DNA from: Candidatus Hodarchaeota archaeon
Lineage (GTDB): Archaea; Asgardarchaeota; Lokiarchaeia; Sigyniarchaeales; SOKP01
Direction of reading: 5' to 3'
NCBI GenBank assembly: GCA_048886685.1
Contig: JBHLKM010000008.1
Coordinates: 64,001 to 128,000, forward strand
DNA length: 64,000 nucleotides
Position numbers and translations under genes: made by a program. Below are positions 58,091 to 64,000 of this stretch, piece by piece; positions within the stretch are counted from its first letter, which is position 1; each line of letters begins with the position of its first letter. Below the pieces are notes generated by a model, which worked only from the letters and a program-made list of their open reading frames with translations, did not search any database and was not told the DNA's origin.

Positions 58091-59296
58091 CTATAGTTCC
58101 CCCTTGTTTTTGAGAAATTCCTTATCTTTATCAATGTAGTATACCCAAGCATTACGAGACATTAAACAGGAATCTTCAGCACCTAGATTTTTTAACAGTT
58201 CAATACGTAATTTCCGTGATTCAATATTTTCTGGAGATGCTTGTATTAACACATCTAAGACTTCTAGCGCTAATTGTACTTGATCTTGATCAAAGAGTTC
58301 TTGTGCTCTCTTTAAAATTTTATCTGAATCTCCTATAAGATTGTACAGTTCCCCCATGACCTCTTTCTCTGGTCTTGGAAGGAGATGCGCAGGGTTATCA
58401 TCAAAATAACCATGATACCAGCGATATACATTAAACACAAAAAACTCTACCCTTGAATAATATGGTCCCAAGTAGGGTGTTTTTGCGAGGTGATCTGGAA
58501 GCTTAATTTTATGGATCATTTCTGTTATATGTGTTCCCTTATTAATATGATCAACCACTTGGTCGTGGAGGGAGTGGATAGCTTCAATATTATAATCTAA
58601 AATTGTACGTGCTTTAGTTCCCTTATAGAAATAACCGGCGCCATTACAAAATATATATTTCGGATTCTCAGCTCGTACTGCTTCTAATGCTTTTGCCCAA
58701 TCTAATGCAAACCGGGTAGGTTTCCATGGATTGCCAATATTTGGTAGTCCATAGATAATAAGATCTCCTATAAACGCAGCTTTTAATTCTGGTACATATA
58801 CCCATACCGCATCATCTGTTTCAGCTCTAACAGCATGAAGTTCAAAGGTTTTATCCCCAAGTGTTATGGTCATATCTCCTAAAAAGGTTTTAGTGGGGTA
58901 CACAAATTCCCGAGGTCTAACAATTTCTGGAATATTGAATTGTACTGCTGATGTATGAGCTCTGTGGGGAGCAAGCATTTTATATTTCTCAAATCGATCT
59001 GGTAAATATTTGCTAGCGATAATTTCTGGATTATCTTTTAAATACGCTGCAGTCCCTCCAGTATGATCACCGTGTCCATGGGTATAAATGATATATTTAA
59101 TTGTTCCTTTAATTCTTTTGAAGACTTCCTTTGCGACATTAACTCTTGCTATTGTATCAATTAATACAACTCCTTCAGTAGTTTCTACCCACGCACAACC
59201 GGCTATTGGTAGTCGAGCAATATGAACATCCTTTATAGGATCCTCAAATTCAGCATTTGGGGCACCCAAAATCCGTCTAGGTTTAATTTCATTCAT
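58091..59296 (-). CDS. Alkyl-sulfatase (SdsA1)-like MBL-fold hydrolase
   Basis: YTHGHGDH, AETDD, PNIGNP, YRWYHGYFD.NPA.L.P dimerisation region. Confidence 0.85.
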   Translation of the reverse strand: MNEIKPRRILGAPNAEFEDPIKDVHIARLPIAGCAWVETTEGVVLIDTIARVNVAKEVFKRIKGTIKYIIYTHGHGDHTGGTAAYLKDNPEIIASKYLPDRFEKYKMLAPHRAHTSAVQFNIPEIVRPREFVYPTKTFLGDMTITLGDKTFELHAVRAETDDAVWVYVPELKAAFIGDLIIYGLPNIGNPWKPTRFALDWAKALEAVRAENPKYIFCNGAGYFYKGTKARTILDYNIEAIHSLHDQVVDHINKGTHITEMIHKIKLPDHLAKTPYLGPYYSRVEFFVFNVYRWYHGYFDDNPAHLLPRPEKEVMGELYNLIGDSDKILKRAQELFDQDQVQLALEVLDVLIQASPENIESRKLRIELLKNLGAEDSCLMSRNAWVYYIDKDKEFLKNKGEL

Positions 59297-59350
59297 TTTT
59301 AATATCCCCTTTAATAGAGTTTAATAATATATATTGGTCTAAATTTAATA

Positions 59351-60391
59351 TTATTTTTTATTTAGTCCTTCATTAATCCTTTCCCATACAACCTCAATTG
59401 GTAGTGGTTGATAAGGAACCTTTTTAAATTGCTCTTTACAAAGTTTATAGATCATTCTATTATAAGGAATCTCAATTTGTAATGAATCTGCCAATTTTAT
59501 CAAATATCCAGTTAAGGATTCAAGCTCAGATTGGTTTTTCTTTCGATGGATCATATCTTGAGCCATACTATTAAACCATGAGTATTTAAGGTTTCGACCA
59601 AAATTCTTAATTGCTGTTACTTTATCGAGATTTCTACCTAATTCCATTATGTTCCAAGAAGGTAGTCCCTTTAATTCAAACTCTTTATATCCGGCAGCTT
59701 TTACAACCTTCACTCCCTCAAGGTATACATTCATAAAAATTTTCCACAGCGTAAAAATCGCATCATCATCTTTAAGTTCTGAACTTATTAGTGTAAAAGT
59801 TGCATTTGAAAGGTTTATTATTAATTTTGAATGAGCTGCATCTTGAAATTGTTGTGTTGTTCTTGTTGGTATTCCAAGATTTAAAATTTGTGCAATTTTA
59901 TTTATAAGTTCCGGATTTTCATTTTCAGGAGTTCCAAGAGTGAGGTATCCTTTACCTCGAGTTCTAAATATCCCTGGTTCTTCCCGCCAACCAGACTGCA
60001 CGACAACAGCATAAACAATTTTCGTAAAGTATTTAGGTAAAACTCGTTGGTTCTCGAATCCATTTTGTAATCCCACGATAATTGGTTTATCTCCTAATTT
60101 TTCGAAAATATCTTTGGCTACTACCTCTAAATCATAGTTTTTAACTGTGATTACTACAATATCAATATTAGTAATTTCATTTAAATCTTCTATAACTTTA
60201 ACTTTTATGGGTTCGGGATTGTCCTTTCCCCTTTCATTAAGAATTAAACCATTAGTTTTAAGCGCTTTCGCATTGTCACCCCTCGCTAATAAGTAAATAT
60301 TTTCATATCCTTGCGTTAGCCATCCTCCAAGGGTCGCACCAATTCCACCAATTCCGTAAATAACTAATTTTAATGAATTAATTGTGTTCAC
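59351..60391 (-). CDS. Ketopantoate reductase (PanE/ApbA) family protein
   Basis: GIGGIG, VKNYD, LQNG, KLIIN, SMAQD, SELESLTG. Confidence 0.88.
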   Translation of the reverse strand: MNTINSLKLVIYGIGGIGATLGGWLTQGYENIYLLARGDNAKALKTNGLILNERGKDNPEPIKVKVIEDLNEITNIDIVVITVKNYDLEVVAKDIFEKLGDKPIIVGLQNGFENQRVLPKYFTKIVYAVVVQSGWREEPGIFRTRGKGYLTLGTPENENPELINKIAQILNLGIPTRTTQQFQDAAHSKLIINLSNATFTLISSELKDDDAIFTLWKIFMNVYLEGVKVVKAAGYKEFELKGLPSWNIMELGRNLDKVTAIKNFGRNLKYSWFNSMAQDMIHRKKNQSELESLTGYLIKLADSLQIEIPYNRMIYKLCKEQFKKVPYQPLPIEVVWERINEGLNKK

Positions 60392-60538
60392 TTCAGATAT
60401 TATTCCATTTATATAAAATTGAATAATGAAGAAATAGATTAAAACTTACGGAACTAAAGTATTAATTGAAAATCTCTAACTTTAATACATTTTCTTAATT
60501 ATTTTAATCAATATTAAATAGTTATTTGTGAGGTAAAA

Positions 60539-61588
60539 ATGGTATTAGAAACAAATATAACCAAAATGTTAGGGATTAAACACCCTATTATTGCCGCTCC
60601 AATGGGACCTTTCTATACAACTGAGCTGACAATTGCAATTTCAGAAGCAGGTGGACTTGGTGTCTTAAGTCATAGTGCTTTGTTAAGTGATTATCAGAAA
60701 GGAAGAAATCCCATCGAGATTATGAAAGAAAATATGTTACGGGTAGTTGAGCATACCGATAAGCCTTTTGGATTTAATGTAAGGACTTCACGTAGGGAAA
60801 TAGCTGCCCCACAATTAGTTACAGAAATTCCAAGATTTATTATGGAAAATCAGAGGGTAAAAGAACAATGTGTTTATGCCATTACTAGCGCAGGGTCTTC
60901 AAAAACATTACCAATGTCAAAAGATTACCAAAAATTAAAGGAAACTGGATCACAAATTAAACATTTTCATGTTGCTCCTGCATTATGGCTTGCTGAAAAG
61001 TGTGTTGCTTCAGGAGTAGATGGAATGGTAGTCACTGGGGGTGAAGGTGGAGGTCACCAATCGTATGAAAAAGTGAGTACCTTAGTCTTGTTGCAACAAA
61101 TTATGCAGAAGTATCCAGACTTTCCTGTAGTAGCATGTGGAGGATTTGCCACAGGTGAAGGACTAGCAGCTGCTCTAGCAATGGGAGCAGGCGCTATTGC
61201 AATGGGTTCACGTTTTATAGCTTCAGATGATAGTGAATTTAGTAATGAGTATAAAAATATTGTTCCTCCAGCAAAGGCTCAAGATACTATATTGGTAACA
61301 GGATCTTTAGGACCAATTCGTTTATGGAAAAACGAATATTCGTTGCATCACGGCCTAGTAGCTGATAAAGATGCGAAAATAGCTCAAGAACAAGCCATGT
61401 CACAAGCAGACTTAGTTGAAGAAATGAAGGCATACGAAGCAGCTTATAAGGGGGATACTACAGGAGCTGTTCTCTTAGGACAGAGTATTGGACTAATTCA
61501 TAGCGTGGAAAATGTCAAGAAAATTGTTGATGAAATAGTTGATGATGCAGAAAAACGTTTGAGAAATGCTTATGGATTTTTAAAATAA
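60539..61588 (+). CDS. FabK/nitronate monooxygenase-like FMN oxidoreductase (close paralog of 44681-45733)
   Basis: Same motifs as 44681-45733 with long identical peptide stretches. Confidence 0.9.
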   Translation: MVLETNITKMLGIKHPIIAAPMGPFYTTELTIAISEAGGLGVLSHSALLSDYQKGRNPIEIMKENMLRVVEHTDKPFGFNVRTSRREIAAPQLVTEIPRFIMENQRVKEQCVYAITSAGSSKTLPMSKDYQKLKETGSQIKHFHVAPALWLAEKCVASGVDGMVVTGGEGGGHQSYEKVSTLVLLQQIMQKYPDFPVVACGGFATGEGLAAALAMGAGAIAMGSRFIASDDSEFSNEYKNIVPPAKAQDTILVTGSLGPIRLWKNEYSLHHGLVADKDAKIAQEQAMSQADLVEEMKAYEAAYKGDTTGAVLLGQSIGLIHSVENVKKIVDEIVDDAEKRLRNAYGFLK

Positions 61589-61608
61589 GCAAAATACTAG
61601 TTCTATAA

Positions 61609-61623
61609 TTTTTTTTTTTTTTT
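61609..61623 (+). terminator. Oligo-T (T15) archaeal-type terminator
   Basis: 15 consecutive T about 20 nt after the stop codon. Confidence 0.5.
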
Positions 61624-61657
61624 AATTAAATTATGAAAATGAAGGTGTTAACTTAAG

Positions 61658-62824
61658 ATGGTAGATGTTAAAAATATTGTAGTAATCGGTGTCGGCTTAA
61701 TGGGTAATGGAATTGCCCAAATATCAATGATGGCAGGATACACCACAACACTTGTCGATATTTCTCAAGAAATCATTGATAAAGCTGTTGCTGGTATTGA
61801 AGGTGGACTAAATAAACTTGAATCTAAAGGAATATTAAAAGTTGCAGAAGTTTTGATACGAATGAAAACGAGTTTAGATCTAGCTTCAGCGGTAAAGGAT
61901 GCAGATTTAATTATAGAAGCAGTAGTAGAAGATATGGATGTGAAGAAAAAGATCTTTAAAACCTGTGATGATAATGCCCCTCCTCATGCAGTAATTGCTT
62001 CAAACACATCAACAATGTCTATAACTGAAATGGCAACTGCTACTAATAGACCAGATAAATGTATTGGTATGCATTTTTTCAATCCGGCACCATTAATGCG
62101 ATTAATAGAAGTTATTGCTGGTGAAAAATCTTCTGATGAAGCAATGGAAATTGGTATGAAGGTCAGCGAAAGTTTGCCATGCCTAAGAGGAGACCGATAC
62201 GTTGCAAAAGTTTTAAAGGACCGACCTGGTTTCATTGTCAATAGGTTGAATGCTCCAGGCGGGATCTATATGAATTATCTTCTTGACACTTGCTTAGAAA
62301 AAGGAATTCCTTTTGAATCTCTAGATGCTGATTTTGGAAGTCGCGGTCCAATGTCTCCACTGGTTCTTTCAGACTATACAGGTATTGATACAGGGTATCA
62401 TGTTCGTAATTATTATGCAGATACTTTACATGAAGACTTTAGACCTGGAAAAGTAATAACCAAAATGTTTAATGAAGCAAAATTTGGCAGAAAAACGGGG
62501 CAAGGATTTTATGATTGGACTAATGGAAGACCACAGCCAGATTTCTCTAAAATCGAAAAAGCTGGATTAGTAGATTCTAGAATTGGCCTTGCTATCCGTC
62601 TAAATGAAGGATGTAGAATATTAGAAGAAGGAATTGCTTCTGGTTGGAAAGTAATAGATGATGCAAATATGGCAGGTATGAATGCACCAGGACCTTTTGA
62701 ATACGGAATTAAAAATTGGCAAGAACTTGTTAAAGTTTTAGAAGAATTTGCTGAAGAAATTGGTAGTGAATATCTTAAACCATGTGAACTGTTTAAAAGC
62801 GGAAAATTTATAGATATGAAATAA
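61658..62824 (+). CDS. 3-hydroxyacyl-CoA dehydrogenase family protein
   Basis: GVGLMGNG, EAVVED...K, ASNTS, GMHFFNP, GFIVNR, GRKTGQGFY. Confidence 0.93.
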   Translation: MVDVKNIVVIGVGLMGNGIAQISMMAGYTTTLVDISQEIIDKAVAGIEGGLNKLESKGILKVAEVLIRMKTSLDLASAVKDADLIIEAVVEDMDVKKKIFKTCDDNAPPHAVIASNTSTMSITEMATATNRPDKCIGMHFFNPAPLMRLIEVIAGEKSSDEAMEIGMKVSESLPCLRGDRYVAKVLKDRPGFIVNRLNAPGGIYMNYLLDTCLEKGIPFESLDADFGSRGPMSPLVLSDYTGIDTGYHVRNYYADTLHEDFRPGKVITKMFNEAKFGRKTGQGFYDWTNGRPQPDFSKIEKAGLVDSRIGLAIRLNEGCRILEEGIASGWKVIDDANMAGMNAPGPFEYGIKNWQELVKVLEEFAEEIGSEYLKPCELFKSGKFIDMK

Positions 62825-62877
62825 TTTCCCCTTTTTATTTTTTTTTAACTTTTGATCTAAAAAATGGTGAGGAAATA

Positions 62878-64000
62878 ATGTCAGAAAATTTCAACAATCA
62901 GGAAGAGATAGTGAATCGAATTGATGTACTTGCACCCAATGTCGTTTATGAGAATCCTATTAAGGATGTTCATACAGTTAGGGCTCCATTATCAAGTTGT
63001 GGGTGGATTCAAACAACCGATGGGGTAGTGTTGATTGACACCTTACTATCTAGAACATGGTCTAAAATGGTTCGAGAACGAATTAAAGATAAAATTAAAT
63101 ATATAATTTATACACATGGACATCTTGATCACGTGCGTGGAACCAATGTTTTCATGGATGATCAACCTGAAATTATAGCAAGTAAATACTTACCTGATCG
63201 ATTGGATAAATATAAGATGTTAGCTCAATATAAATCTAGGAAGGATGCACAACAATTTGGTTTCCCGGAGGTTATTCCAAAACTAGATGTAATTTATCCA
63301 ACCAAAACATTTCTTGGGGACATGACAATTTTACTCGGTGATAAAACATTCGAACTTCATACAGCACGAGCAGAAACGGATGATGCGCTATGGGTGTATG
63401 TTCCTGAACTTAAGGCTGCATTTATAGGAGATTTAATTATTAGAAGCTTTCCAAATATTGGTAATCCATGGAAACCTACTAGATTTGCGTTAGATTGGGC
63501 AAAAGAATTAGAAAGGATAAAAGAATTAAAGCCTGAATACATTTTTTATGGTGGTGGGGGAATAATGGCTAAAGGTAAAACCGCTATGAAAGCAATAAAT
63601 GATAATATCGAGGTGATTCGTTCTTTACATGACCAAGTTGTTGATTATATAAATCAAGATGTTCATATAACCGAAATGATTCATAAAGTAAAAATTCCTG
63701 ATCACCTAAAAGAAAGCCCTTTTCTTCAGGCAAGCTATTCTAGATCTGAATTTTTTACTTTTAATGTATACCGTTGGTATCATGGTTACTTTGATGGTAA
63801 TCCGGCCCACCTTTTACCAAGACCAGAAAAAGAGGTTATGGGGGAACTGTACAATCTTATAGGAGATTCATACAAAATTTTAAAAAGAGCACAAGACCTT
63901 TTAGATAAAAATCGGGCCCAACTTGCATTAGAAGTTTTAGATGTCTTAATTCAAGCAGATCCAGAAAATCTTGATGCTAGAAAGATGAGAATTAAACTTT
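62878..64000 (+). CDS. Alkyl-sulfatase-like MBL hydrolase, runs off the window end (paralog of 58091-59296; missing from the ORF track)
   Basis: ATG at 62878 after GGTGAGG; reads MSENFNNQ...YTHGHLDH...AETDD...PNIGNPWKPTRF...YRWYHGYFDGNP. Confidence 0.88.
   Translation, partial: MSENFNNQEEIVNRIDVLAPNVVYENPIKDVHTVRAPLSSCGWIQTTDGVVLIDTLLSRTWSKMVRERIKDKIKYIIYTHGHLDHVRGTNVFMDDQPEIIASKYLPDRLDKYKMLAQYKSRKDAQQFGFPEVIPKLDVIYPTKTFLGDMTILLGDKTFELHTARAETDDALWVYVPELKAAFIGDLIIRSFPNIGNPWKPTRFALDWAKELERIKELKPEYIFYGGGGIMAKGKTAMKAINDNIEVIRSLHDQVVDYINQDVHITEMIHKVKIPDHLKESPFLQASYSRSEFFTFNVYRWYHGYFDGNPAHLLPRPEKEVMGELYNLIGDSYKILKRAQDLLDKNRAQLALEVLDVLIQADPENLDARKMRIKL

Noticed and set aside
102-63542. Numerous 60-180 aa ORFs antisense to or overlapping long genes (e.g. 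102-329, 2030-2434, 8842-9375, 12491-13042, 37655-38032, 42211-42612, 52071-52529, 63357-63542)
   Set aside because: Shadow ORFs of well-supported genes, with no motifs and Ser/Ile/Phe-rich antisense composition.
1-64000. Selenoprotein (in-frame TGA) or SECIS-dependent recoding, plausible for this lineage and for Mo enzymes
   Set aside because: Both DmsA-like ORFs and the Fe-S proteins are uninterrupted, with Ser at the ligand position. No gene looked truncated at a TGA with homology continuing beyond it.
1-64000. CRISPR array, transposase, integrase, rRNA or canonical tRNA
   Set aside because: No regularly spaced repeats, recombinase motifs or complete cloverleaf with a T-loop were seen by eye.

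Overview
AT-rich (roughly 30-33% GC by eye), gene-dense archaeal DNA, most consistent with an Asgard archaeon (Lokiarchaeia/Promethearchaeota). This is inferred from a longin-like protein, GGTGA-type Shine-Dalgarno sites, TATA-like promoters, oligo-T terminators and heavy paralogy of acyl-CoA enzymes. About 53 CDS are present. No rRNA, canonical tRNA, CRISPR array or transposase was seen. Most of the window is a lipid/ester/organosulfur metabolism region: esterases, two acyl-CoA ligases, five crotonase-family genes plus one internally deleted copy, two 3-hydroxyacyl-CoA dehydrogenases, a thiolase, three FabK/nitronate-monooxygenase-like flavoproteins and two alkyl-sulfatase-like MBL enzymes. 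No acyl-CoA dehydrogenase or ETF is present. Two DmsA-like Mo/W enzymes lack a Tat signal and a membrane anchor, and one is paired with a DmsB that has a whole GltD/Nfn-type flavoprotein inserted into it. The left end carries an arsM-methyltransferase pair behind a Cys-rich MarR, with a candidate operator found three times. Top candidates for new biology: (1) an unannotated ~116-nt multi-stem structured RNA at 2642-2757 with an Sm-site-like AUUUUUG; (2) the soluble DmsA + DmsB::GltD NAD(P)H-coupled oxidoreductase; (3) FabK-like flavoproteins coupled to thiolase/HADH, possibly reverse beta-oxidation; (4) a winged-helix-acyl-CoA-synthetase fusion; (5) a Zn-ribbon-HEPN-like protein. All family calls come from motif recognition by eye, not database searches.
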